A stretch of DNA of 64,000 bases from Candidatus Latescibacterota bacterium (lineage in GTDB: Bacteria; Latescibacterota; UBA2968; UBA8231). The stretch spans positions 160,001 through 224,000 of the forward strand of contig CBDCSU010000004.1 in assembly GCA_965221775.1 (NCBI GenBank), given 5' to 3'. Under the pieces are notes generated by a model. The model was given only the letters and a program-made list of their open reading frames with translations. It did no database searches and was not told the origin of the DNA. Shown here piece by piece: positions 36,051 to 45,002 of this stretch (position 1 is its first letter; each line of letters opens with the position of its first letter). The position numbers and the translations under genes were made by a program.

Positions 36051-38804
36051 ATGAGCGCCGAACTGGTCCTGCACTACGCCTTCACCGAGTCCGGGGACGA
36101 CCCCATCGTGCGGGACCTGAGCGGAGCCGGCAACGACGGCAGGATCGTGGGCGGCGCCCGGCGCGTGGAGGTCGAGTCCGGCGGCGCCCTGGAGCTCGAC
36201 GGGACGGACGGCCACGTCGACTGCGGGGCCGGCCCGGCCCTGAACATCGGCGAGGCCGGCACGATCATGCTCTGGCTGAAGCCCCGGGCCCCGCTGCAGG
36301 GCGGGATCGTCAGCTGGTCCGCGGGCCCGGAGGAGGCGGATCAGCGCCTGGTCGTGTCCCTGCACACCTGGAAGGAGAGCGGCTTCGCCGGGGATCAGGT
36401 CCACGAGGCCCTGGGCACGTACTTCTCGGACGGCGAGCACTTCGCCGAGCAGTTCCGCACCCCCGAGCACAAGCCCTGGTTGCCGCCGGCCGGCGAGTGG
36501 GTATTCTGGGCCGTCACCTTCGACGGGCGATCGGTGAACTACTACCGCGACGGCGTCGCCGTGGAGACGCGGTTCCAGACGCTGGCGCCCGACACCGGCG
36601 ACGCATCGCTCTGGCTCGGCCGCTGCGTCGGCCTGGGCGGGCCGGGCGACTGTTACAGGGGACTGCTCGGCGACGTGCGCGTCTACCGGGGCGCCTTGAG
36701 CCACCAGGAGATCTACCTGCGCTACATGGAGTCGGCGGCGGGCCGGGGCAAGGAGATCTCCCACTTCGGCTCCGTCGCCATCGAGACGGCGGTCAATCCC
36801 GAGGCCGGAAGGCTCTTCGCCGACCTGGACTACCGCGGCCTGGGGCCGACCGTCGACAGGCCCTCCCTTGCAGTGACCCTTCTCGACGGCGGCGGCGAGG
36901 TCGTGGCCGAAGGGCAGGTGCGCATGGCGCCGTCCTGGGGACATGCCGAGGCGATGCTGGACGTTTCGGAGCTGCCCGCCGGCGGCTACACCTTGCGGGT
37001 CGAGCCCGACCGGGGCCGGGCGGCCAGCGAGACCGTCGAATGGCCGGGAAGAGCGGAGGGCTGGGAGGCGGTGAGGGTGCTGAACAACTTCTGCTGGGAG
37101 CTGCTCGACGAACAGCCGGCTCCCGGGCAGACCGAGCACCTCTTCACCAACCCGCGGCGCGGCTGGGTCTGGTTCCGCACCGAGAGCGAAGGCGACCTGA
37201 CGCTTCGAGTGGCCGGCGCGACGCCGGAGGTCGTCAATCCGGGGGAGGGCGGGCGGCGGGAGGTGATGCGCTGGATGGAGGCCGGCCGGCACCGGATCGC
37301 CCTCAGCGGCACGGGCACGCTCCACCGCCTCACGGTCCGCTCCGTGCCCATCCTCCTGTTCTGGCACTACCCCCACATCGGGCCGGGGACCGGCGACGAC
37401 GGCGAGTACCTGGACCAGCATGTCCTCGGCCCCTGCAACACCCTCCACACCCACCGCCCGGAACCCGGCTCCGCCAACAGCAGGTTCCTGGAGGAATGGG
37501 TGGAGCAGCGAGGACTCCACGCTCTGGAGGGCCTCTACCTGTTGCAGGATGTCCACGACAGGTTCGAGGACGAGACCGCGGAGCAGGGGATCGAGGAGTT
37601 CCTGACGGAGAACGCGGGCATGGGGGAGGCCCGGTACCAGGGGGTGATCATCGACGAGTTCTCCCCCGGCGACGACGTGCAGATGTTCAACAGGAGCTAC
37701 TACGACGAGTGGACGAAGGTCTGCGCCGCCATCCTCGATGATCCCCGGTACGCCGGCCGCTTCATCATGCCGGCCATGGGCTACAACATGTACGACTTCG
37801 AGAAGAGCGCCGCTTTTCTCGCCGGACTGATCGAGCACGGCTCCTACGTCATCGAGGAGCACTACCTGCACCAGTGCCACACCGAGGATCAGGCGTGGCG
37901 GTCGATCCACGAGATCGGCGCCGGCCTCGAGCCGAGGCGGCAGCAGGCGACGCCAGGGTACACGCGGCACACGATCAAGCTGCTCAGCTACCTGCAGCGC
38001 GAGATCTGGAATCCGGCGTGCAGCTTCCGGGTCTTCCTGGACATGCAGTTCGAGCACCATGCCACGCGGCCCGAGTTCTTCGGCGTCGGCGGCATCGGCG
38101 CCTACTCCAGCTACAACTGCAACAACGAGGAGTACGTCCGCTGGGTATCGGCGCTGATGCGGCACTACGCCATCGAGGGCCGGACCGATCGCCTGAGCTC
38201 CGAGCCGTACGCACTCGAGCAGATCCGCAATCCCGACTTTCTCGCGGGGACCGATGGCTGGACGCTGCAGCCCGCGGAGGAGGGGAGCATGGAAGTGAGG
38301 AGCCGCGAGGGCTACGGCCTCACCCAGGAACGGCGCCCCCACCGGAGCCACACGCAGATGCCCTTCCTCTGGACCCGGCGCTCGGGGTCGAGGCCGAACC
38401 GCTTCTCCCAGGAGATCGGCAACCTGGAGGCAGGCGGGTCATATCTCGTGCGTCTGTGGGTGGGCGACTACACCGAGCTGCTGGCCATGGAGTCGAGGGA
38501 CGAGCCGCGGGCGATCCGCCTGCGGGTGGAGGGCGGCGAGGCGTGGGACGGCTGGTACCGCAGCCAGGCCTACGAGGGAGACGAGTTCGCCTTCGCCAGC
38601 TATCTGCCGCCTTTCGACGCCGACAACCGCTACTGGTTCAGGATCCACCAACTCGTCTTCCGCGCCGGCGGGCCCACGGCGCGGCTGGTCGTCGAGGACT
38701 GGAAGGGCGACTCCGGGCCGGGCGGCCCCGTCGGCCAGGAGCTGATGTTCAACATGATCGACGTGCACCCCTACTTCTCACCCGCCGCCGCTCACTCTCC
38801 GTAG
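36051..38804 (+). CDS. LamG/ConA-like domain protein with uncharacterised C-terminal region
   Basis: DLSGAGNDG, ALELDG, WAVTFDG..YYRDG and GLLGDVRVY are LamG-like; ATG 36051. The 1710-aa track ORF is an N-terminal over-extension. Confidence 0.75.
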   Translation: MSAELVLHYAFTESGDDPIVRDLSGAGNDGRIVGGARRVEVESGGALELDGTDGHVDCGAGPALNIGEAGTIMLWLKPRAPLQGGIVSWSAGPEEADQRLVVSLHTWKESGFAGDQVHEALGTYFSDGEHFAEQFRTPEHKPWLPPAGEWVFWAVTFDGRSVNYYRDGVAVETRFQTLAPDTGDASLWLGRCVGLGGPGDCYRGLLGDVRVYRGALSHQEIYLRYMESAAGRGKEISHFGSVAIETAVNPEAGRLFADLDYRGLGPTVDRPSLAVTLLDGGGEVVAEGQVRMAPSWGHAEAMLDVSELPAGGYTLRVEPDRGRAASETVEWPGRAEGWEAVRVLNNFCWELLDEQPAPGQTEHLFTNPRRGWVWFRTESEGDLTLRVAGATPEVVNPGEGGRREVMRWMEAGRHRIALSGTGTLHRLTVRSVPILLFWHYPHIGPGTGDDGEYLDQHVLGPCNTLHTHRPEPGSANSRFLEEWVEQRGLHALEGLYLLQDVHDRFEDETAEQGIEEFLTENAGMGEARYQGVIIDEFSPGDDVQMFNRSYYDEWTKVCAAILDDPRYAGRFIMPAMGYNMYDFEKSAAFLAGLIEHGSYVIEEHYLHQCHTEDQAWRSIHEIGAGLEPRRQQATPGYTRHTIKLLSYLQREIWNPACSFRVFLDMQFEHHATRPEFFGVGGIGAYSSYNCNNEEYVRWVSALMRHYAIEGRTDRLSSEPYALEQIRNPDFLAGTDGWTLQPAEEGSMEVRSREGYGLTQERRPHRSHTQMPFLWTRRSGSRPNRFSQEIGNLEAGGSYLVRLWVGDYTELLAMESRDEPRAIRLRVEGGEAWDGWYRSQAYEGDEFAFASYLPPFDADNRYWFRIHQLVFRAGGPTARLVVEDWKGDSGPGGPVGQELMFNMIDVHPYFSPAAAHSP

Positions 38805-39886
38805 AACCACCGCAGCCCGACGCGGGCCAGGCGGATGCCGTCCAGGGCGTGGTAGTTCACCAGGGCGACGCGGTCGTCGTCGATCCAGGTGAGGCCCGGA
38901 TAGCCGTAGTCCCCGTAGCCGCCCTCCGGGTCGGCCGCCATGCAGCGGAACCGCCCCCAGCTCCGGCCTCCGTCCGTCGAGATCGCCGAGGTCAGGGGCG
39001 AGCGCACCTTGCCGAGGGGAATCTCCAGCTCGCCCACGCGGACCACGGGCTGCTCCTCGCCGCCGTAGAACGCCGGCGCGCGGGGATTTTTGCAGAAGAT
39101 GATCAGAAGGTCCCCGGTGGCGGGGACGCGCGTCGCCAGGAAGCCGGCGCACGGGTCGGGCAGCTCCGGGACCAGCTCCGGCTCGGACCAGGTGAGGGCG
39201 TCGTCCTCGGAATAGCAGCGGGCGAGACAGCCGCTCCGGGTGCGGCAGATCATGATCAGCCGGCCGTCCCCCAGCTCGACCACGCTGGGCTCTTCCGTGG
39301 ACCCGCCGAGGTCGACGCAGCCGCGGCTCGGCCACCAGGAATACCCGCCGTCGTCCGAGTAGAAGCACAGGGAGACGCAGTGGTCTCCGCCCGTGAGCCA
39401 GAATCCCTCCACCGGAATGACGATGCGCCCCGATGACAGTTGGATCACCTTGTCGGCCTGGCTCTGGCAGGACCCCGGGTAGTGGGCGGCGCAGACCGCC
39501 GAGCTCCAGCTCTCTCCCTCGTCGGCGGACCTGCGCACGTACACGTGCTGGTCCAGGGTCGGCGTGTGGTCTCCCCATCCCCGGGGCCGCGCGCTCAGCA
39601 CCTCCAGCGTGTAGAACAGGAGCACCTCGCCGCTCTCCAGCCGCAGCAGGGTGGGGGCGATGGTCTCGAAGTTGTCCTCCCTCGGCAGCGGCGGGAACGG
39701 GTCTCCCCACGTGCGGCCGTCGTCCCGGGAGCTGCGGGCCTCGAGCCAGCACTCGCCCTTGAGCGGGTTGGTCTCGATGGCGTGGACGAAGAGCAGGGAA
39801 CCGTCGGTCCTGCGAAGGATGCTGCCCGAGATGCCGCGGTGGGTGCGGTCGGGCGGCAGGGGGACGACCACGGTCTCTTCAAACAT
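38792..39886 (-). CDS. BNR/Asp-box sialidase-like protein
   Basis: SRDDGRTW, SADEGESW, SDDGGYSW, SEDDALTW, STDGGRSW and YGYP. Confidence 0.85.
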   Translation of the reverse strand: MFEETVVVPLPPDRTHRGISGSILRRTDGSLLFVHAIETNPLKGECWLEARSSRDDGRTWGDPFPPLPREDNFETIAPTLLRLESGEVLLFYTLEVLSARPRGWGDHTPTLDQHVYVRRSADEGESWSSAVCAAHYPGSCQSQADKVIQLSSGRIVIPVEGFWLTGGDHCVSLCFYSDDGGYSWWPSRGCVDLGGSTEEPSVVELGDGRLIMICRTRSGCLARCYSEDDALTWSEPELVPELPDPCAGFLATRVPATGDLLIIFCKNPRAPAFYGGEEQPVVRVGELEIPLGKVRSPLTSAISTDGGRSWGRFRCMAADPEGGYGDYGYPGLTWIDDDRVALVNYHALDGIRLARVGLRWFYGE

Positions 39887-40011
39887 GGGCGGGCACCGCG
39901 TCAATGGCCTTCACTTGCAGGCGCTGAGTCCCCGGACCTGATTGCCGGCCGGCGTGCGGGCGCAAGGTAGAAGGCCGGGGGACTGTCAACAACCGCAGGA
40001 GGGAGGAGTCA

Positions 40012-40092
40012 ATGGCAGGACAGACGAGGCGCGAGGCAGGTCGGACCACCGTACCGTCCCGGCGCCGGAGACCCGCCGGAGGGAGGACGTGA
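40012..40092 (+). other. Possible 26-aa upstream ORF coupled to the TauE-like gene
   Basis: GGAGGAG RBS then ATG 40012 (MAGQTRREAGRTTVPSRRRRPAGGRT); its stop overlaps GTG 40089 as GTGA. Confidence 0.3.
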
Positions 40093-40949
40093 CCCCGACC
40101 CTGTCCCTCCAGGACCTCGGCTTGCCCTCCGAGGCCATGGTGTGGCACGCGGTTCTGCTCACCGTCATCTCCTTCGGCGTCGGCATCGTGGGAGGCTTCG
40201 TCGGCCTCGCCCTCGGCACGGTGAGGCTGCCCGTGCTGCTGTTCCTCGGCATGCCGTCGACCCTGGCGGCGGGCACCAACATCATCGTCAGCACCGCCAG
40301 CTCTCTCTTCGGGGCCCTGCGCCACATGCGCGAGGGCCGAGTCGACCTGCGGGTCGTGCTGATCATGGGGGTGCCCAGCTTCGGCGGGGCGTTCCTCGGC
40401 GGTTACTACGCCGGCGCGGCGCCCGAGGGGCTGCTGATCCTGGTGGTGGGGGTTCTCGTGCTCTGGCAGGGGATCGAGCTCGTCGGCAAGGCTCGGGCCG
40501 CGGCCCGGAGTCCGGGCGGCCCCGAGGCAGCAGCGATGGCCGATGCCATGGCCGGCGCCCGGGGACGCCGCCGCCACCCGGGGCTGGCCGCGGCCATGGG
40601 TCTGGTCATCGGCGTCACCGGCGGCGCCGTCGGCCTCATCCTGGGGAGCCTGCGGCTGCCCGGGCTGATCCGGGTCCTGGGCATGGACCCGCGGATCGCC
40701 GCCGGGACCAACCTCTTCATCGGCTTCGCCATGGGCGCCTCGGGGTGGACCGCGCATGTCGCCCGGGGCCAGGTCGACTACCCCCTGGCGGTGCTCATGG
40801 GCGCGGCCGCCGTGGCCGGCGTCAACATCGGGGCCCGTCAGACCGGCCGCGCCGGCCTGGGCACCCTGCTGGCGTCGATGGGGGCTGTGCTGATCGTCGT
40901 CGGCGCCCTGATGGCCTGGCGCGGCGTGGACGGGTGGCTGCTCCGCTGA
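40089..40949 (+). CDS. Sulfite exporter TauE/SafE family membrane protein
   Basis: Duplicated halves GGFVGLALG...AAGTN and GGAVGLILG...AAGTN; hydrophobic. Confidence 0.85.
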   Translation: MTPTLSLQDLGLPSEAMVWHAVLLTVISFGVGIVGGFVGLALGTVRLPVLLFLGMPSTLAAGTNIIVSTASSLFGALRHMREGRVDLRVVLIMGVPSFGGAFLGGYYAGAAPEGLLILVVGVLVLWQGIELVGKARAAARSPGGPEAAAMADAMAGARGRRRHPGLAAAMGLVIGVTGGAVGLILGSLRLPGLIRVLGMDPRIAAGTNLFIGFAMGASGWTAHVARGQVDYPLAVLMGAAAVAGVNIGARQTGRAGLGTLLASMGAVLIVVGALMAWRGVDGWLLR

Positions 40950-40954
40950 AAGTC

Positions 40955-41725
40955 CTACTCGGTGCGGCAGAGCAGGCCGCCGTCGACGGCCAGGTGCGTG
41001 CCGGTGACGAAGGAGGCCTCGTCCGAAGCGAGGTAGAGGACGGCGTTGGCGATGTCGCCGCCGTGGCCCAGGCGCCTGGCCGGCACCATCTCGGCGTAGC
41101 GGCGCCGTTCCTCTTCCGGGACCTCGAGGTTGTCCCACAAAGGCGTGAGGATCGCCCCGGGCAGCACCGCGTTGACGCGGATGTCGGGGCCGTAGTCGAG
41201 GGCGAGAACGCGGGTGAGTCCGAGGATGCCGGCCTTGGCGGAGTCGTACGCGGTGCAGGTGGCGAACCCGACCAGGGAGTGGACGGAGCCGGTGTTGATG
41301 ATCGCCCCTCCGCCGGTCCTGCGCATCGCGGGGATTCCGTATTTCGAGGCCAGGAAGACCGCCTTCAGGCCGACGTTCAGGGTGAGGTCCCAGCCCGCTT
41401 CGTCGAGCTCGGTGGCGGAGCCGTGCCGGAAGGCGATGGCGTTGTTGTGCAGGATATCGAGACGCCCGAAGCGCTCCTCGGTGCGGGCGACCATCTCCTC
41501 GATCTCGTCGGTCCGGCTCAGGTCGGTGCGGATGAAGACGCTCTCACCCCCCGTTTCCCGGATCTCCGCGGCCACCCGGTTTCCGTTGATCTCGTCGATG
41601 TCGGCTACCGCCACGGAGGCCCCTTCCTCGGCCAGCCGCCGGGCGGTCGCTTCGCCGATGCCGGAGGCGGCCCCGGTGACGATGGCTGTCTTGCCGGCGA
41701 CGCGGCCGGGTCGTTCCGAGCTCAT
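40955..41725 (-). CDS. SDR family oxidoreductase
   Basis: TGAASGIG, HNNA, YDSAK, IRVNAVLPG and VDGG; AAGGAG RBS before ATG 41725. Confidence 0.92.
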   Translation of the reverse strand: MSSERPGRVAGKTAIVTGAASGIGEATARRLAEEGASVAVADIDEINGNRVAAEIRETGGESVFIRTDLSRTDEIEEMVARTEERFGRLDILHNNAIAFRHGSATELDEAGWDLTLNVGLKAVFLASKYGIPAMRRTGGGAIINTGSVHSLVGFATCTAYDSAKAGILGLTRVLALDYGPDIRVNAVLPGAILTPLWDNLEVPEEERRRYAEMVPARRLGHGGDIANAVLYLASDEASFVTGTHLAVDGGLLCRTE

Positions 41726-41827
41726 GACCGTCTCCTTCGTTGGGGCTCTGAAGGAAGGGACAGCCACCCGCGCCCTCAAGAGCTCAAGCCACGGATTCCC
41801 GGGGGCATCCCCGGGCCCGGTTTTTTC

Positions 41828-41856
41828 CTGCAAACGCATTCAGAATCACTTATCTT
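41828..41856 (+). promoter_or_regulatory. Possible promoter of the TBDR operon
   Basis: CTGCAA-17 nt-TATCTT in an AT-rich intergenic region, upstream of the GAGGAGG RBS. Confidence 0.35.
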
Positions 41857-41893
41857 CCGGCCATTCGGGACTGTCGATTAGAGGAGGCTGCTC

Positions 41894-44800
41894 ATGCTGA
41901 ACCGCCCTTTGCTCCGCCTTTTGGTCGCCGCCGCCATCACCGCCCTCGCGGGGGCTGACACGGCCCACGCCGCCGCCGGGAAGATCGCAGGCACGGTGAC
42001 CGATGCCGCCACCGGGGCGGCGCTGGCCAAGGCCAACGTCTTCGTGGTGGAGACCGAAAGCGCCGCCGCCACCGATTCCGAGGGGCGCTTCTTCCTCCTC
42101 AACGTCTCCCCCGGGATCTACACCCTGAGAGTCACCTACGTGGGCTACCGCCCCGTCATCATGGAGGAGGTGCGCGTCTCGGCCGACCTCACCACCGATC
42201 TCGAGTTCCGCCTCGGCGGCGAAGCGATCGAGGTCGAGGAGGTGGTGATCAAGGCGGAGCGCCCGATCATCGACAAGAACGCCACCAACGCGGTGCGCAT
42301 CGTCGAGGCGGAGGACATCGAGATCCTGCCCGGCCGGGGGCTGGGCTCGGTGATCAATCTGCAGCCCGGGGTGGTGATAGACGAGGGCGCCCTGCACATC
42401 CGCGGCTCGCGCTCCGACGAGGTCGGCTTTTTCGTCGACGGGGCCGCCGCGCGCAACCCGGTCTCCGGAGGCAGGGCGGTGGCCGTCATCGACGAGGCCC
42501 TGCAGGAGATCCAGCTCCAGGCCGGGGGGTTCAACGCCGAGTACGGGGGTGCCAATGCCGGCATCATCCTGCAGGAACTGCGTACCGGCGCGCCCGACTG
42601 GGAGGTCGGTCTGCTGACCGAGACGGATGGCTTCACCTCCAAGTACAAGGAACGCTTCGGAACCTACTCCTACGGCTACTCCAACCAGGTCCTCACCCTG
42701 AGCGGCCCGGTGGCCGGCAACAGGGTCCGCGCTTTCCTGGCCGGCCAGCGCCGGATCCAGGATTCGGTCCCCACCTACTGGGAGGGCTTCGAGTTCAACG
42801 ACCTGGCCGACACGGGAGACCGCGGCGGACGGATCCACTGGAGCCGGGACGACGATGGCAACGCCATCCCCGACTCGGTGGACCTGCGGCTGCAGCCGGG
42901 CAATATCGATCACACCCGCTCGGAGCTCCTCAGCGTCAACGGCACCCTGGTGGCCGACCTGCAGCCCTTCCAGCTGCGCCTCACCAGCCTCTACTCCGCC
43001 TCGGAAGGGGAGAACAACGGCGCCCCCGTGTACAACATGCTCAACACGGCGCGCCTGTCCGAGTACGAGCAGACGTCGAGCCTGCACAATCTCAAGGCCA
43101 CCCACTTCCTCGGTCCCCGGACGTTCTACGAGGTGAACGTCAGTCTCTACGGCCAGGACCGCAGGGGCTTCGACCCGGACTTCGGAGACGCCTACCTGCT
43201 CTACAACGACAGCCTCGCCGTGGCCGGGATCAATCCCGATTTCATCCCTTATTCGGCCCAGGGGATCTCCCTGCGGTCGTATGATCTCAACGGCTTCCCC
43301 TTCGCCCGGCGGGGCGACCTGGCCGCCGGCTACGGCAAGGCGGAGGAGAGCTACTACGGAGTCAGCGGCAGCCTGACGCGCCAGACCGACGACCACGAGT
43401 ACAAGATCGGCTTCGACTATCAGCGCTGGACCTCTCGGCGCTACGGCGTCAGCACGGGCGGCCTCCGCCTCGCCATCGAGAACACCTACCCGGAGCTGGA
43501 TAAGGTCTACGACCAGTACTACGACGGGACGGTCGCCGCCGGCGAGCTGCTGGACGCCATGATCGCCAAGGCCGAGACCCTGCCCGACGGCGAGGGCAGC
43601 CTGAAGGACTTCGCCGCTCTCGTCCGAAATACGAGCCGGGCCGACTACTTCGGTTACGACGCCTTCGGGCGCCCGGACCAGGGCAGCGGCCTGGAGGCTC
43701 CGCGCCATCCGGTGCTGGCCTCGGCCTTCCTCCAGGACAAGATCGAGTACGGGGATCTCATCGTGAACGCCGGCCTGCGGTGGGACTACTACGACGTGGA
43801 CAGCTACCGCTTCAAGGACCCGCAGGCTCCAAAGCGCGACGACACGCTCTACACGATCGATCTCGACTCGATGACGAAGACGCGCACCTTCAGCGAGCTC
43901 ACTCCGAGGCTCGGGTTCTCCTTCCCCGTGTCGGACGTGACCGTCTTCCACGTCCAGTACGGCCGCTTCACGCAGATGCCGGCCATGCGCTCCATGTTCG
44001 CCGGCGGAGCCCGGCTGGCCCTGGAGCTGGGGGGGCAGAACTTCATCTCCGTGCCCACGGCCCTGGACATCGAGCCGGTGCGCACCACCCAGTACGAGAT
44101 CGGATTCGAGCGCCAGTTCACCGCATCCGCCTCCTTCGACCTCACCGGCTTCTACCGCGACGTGAAGGGGCAGCTGCACCTGCAGCGGCAGGACATCTCG
44201 GCTGCCGCGGAAAACGCCAGCGCCTACAACTTCCTGCAGAATGGGGACTTCGCCACCACCAAGGGTCTCGAGTTCGTCTTCAAGCTGCGCCGCGTGAACC
44301 GCCTGCGCACCGAGCTGAACTACACCTTGTCCGACGCTCGAGGCACGGGATCGTCGATCAACTCGGCCGTCTCCGGGGTGGAGAACAACACCAACCTGCC
44401 GACGATCATCTCGCCCCTGGACTTCAACGAGACGCACCGGGGCAACATCTTCCTCGACTACCGCTTCGCCGACAATGACGGCGGCACCCTCCTGGAGAAC
44501 CTGGGGGCCAATCTGCTGATGAAGTTCAGCAGCGGCCACAACTTCACCCTCTTCACCGGGTCCATCGGCCAGCGCGGTCCCGAGGAGGGCGGAATCCTCG
44601 CCGGCGACGACCCACGCTCCCGCAAGCCCGTCGAGAGCATCAACGTCTCCTCGACCCCCTGGACCTACGAGGTCGACCTCAAGGTCGACAAGGGAGTCGA
44701 TCTCTTCGGCGTCGATACCAACCTCTACCTGTACGTGTACAACCTCTTCAACCGCAGGAACGTGATCAACGTGTATGGCCGCACCGGCAATGCCGAGGAC

Positions 44801-44983
44801 GACGGCTTCCTGACCAACCCGGACCTGAGCAGCCAGATCGTCGAGGCCAGCGGCGGCCAGACCTACCGGCAGCTGTACGAGGCGATCAATCTGGTCAACC
44901 GGCAGCACTACTGGACGACCCAGGGCGGCGACATTCTCGGCGATCCGCGCCAGATCCGCTTCGGCGTCGAACTGGGACTCTAG
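41894..44983 (+). CDS. TonB-dependent receptor with N-terminal carboxypeptidase-regulatory-like domain
   Basis: Signal peptide, GKIAGTVTD, HIRGSRSDE, GGFNAEYG, QDKIEY..NAGLRWD, PRLGFSFP, YNLFN and C-terminal PRQIRFGVELGL. Confidence 0.92.
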   Translation: MLNRPLLRLLVAAAITALAGADTAHAAAGKIAGTVTDAATGAALAKANVFVVETESAAATDSEGRFFLLNVSPGIYTLRVTYVGYRPVIMEEVRVSADLTTDLEFRLGGEAIEVEEVVIKAERPIIDKNATNAVRIVEAEDIEILPGRGLGSVINLQPGVVIDEGALHIRGSRSDEVGFFVDGAAARNPVSGGRAVAVIDEALQEIQLQAGGFNAEYGGANAGIILQELRTGAPDWEVGLLTETDGFTSKYKERFGTYSYGYSNQVLTLSGPVAGNRVRAFLAGQRRIQDSVPTYWEGFEFNDLADTGDRGGRIHWSRDDDGNAIPDSVDLRLQPGNIDHTRSELLSVNGTLVADLQPFQLRLTSLYSASEGENNGAPVYNMLNTARLSEYEQTSSLHNLKATHFLGPRTFYEVNVSLYGQDRRGFDPDFGDAYLLYNDSLAVAGINPDFIPYSAQGISLRSYDLNGFPFARRGDLAAGYGKAEESYYGVSGSLTRQTDDHEYKIGFDYQRWTSRRYGVSTGGLRLAIENTYPELDKVYDQYYDGTVAAGELLDAMIAKAETLPDGEGSLKDFAALVRNTSRADYFGYDAFGRPDQGSGLEAPRHPVLASAFLQDKIEYGDLIVNAGLRWDYYDVDSYRFKDPQAPKRDDTLYTIDLDSMTKTRTFSELTPRLGFSFPVSDVTVFHVQYGRFTQMPAMRSMFAGGARLALELGGQNFISVPTALDIEPVRTTQYEIGFERQFTASASFDLTGFYRDVKGQLHLQRQDISAAAENASAYNFLQNGDFATTKGLEFVFKLRRVNRLRTELNYTLSDARGTGSSINSAVSGVENNTNLPTIISPLDFNETHRGNIFLDYRFADNDGGTLLENLGANLLMKFSSGHNFTLFTGSIGQRGPEEGGILAGDDPRSRKPVESINVSSTPWTYEVDLKVDKGVDLFGVDTNLYLYVYNLFNRRNVINVYGRTGNAEDDGFLTNPDLSSQIVEASGGQTYRQLYEAINLVNRQHYWTTQGGDILGDPRQIRFGVELGL

Positions 44984-45002
44984 AGGGAAGGGAGAGCGAT
45001 CC

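Noticed and set aside
31996-38804. Giant 1343-aa and 1710-aa ORFs (also 13037..16624, 9842..12418, 3025..5646, 16804..20367) suggesting huge fusion proteins
   Set aside because: Their N-terminal parts are off-frame read-through across upstream genes; realistic starts lie at the gene junctions (33628, 36051, 15572, 11564, 4405, 17701).
41798-41826. Hairpin CCCGGGG/CCCCGGG followed by a T-run as a terminator
   Set aside because: It lies between divergent genes with no upstream + strand transcript, and the T-run is offset from the stem; more likely promoter-region sequence.
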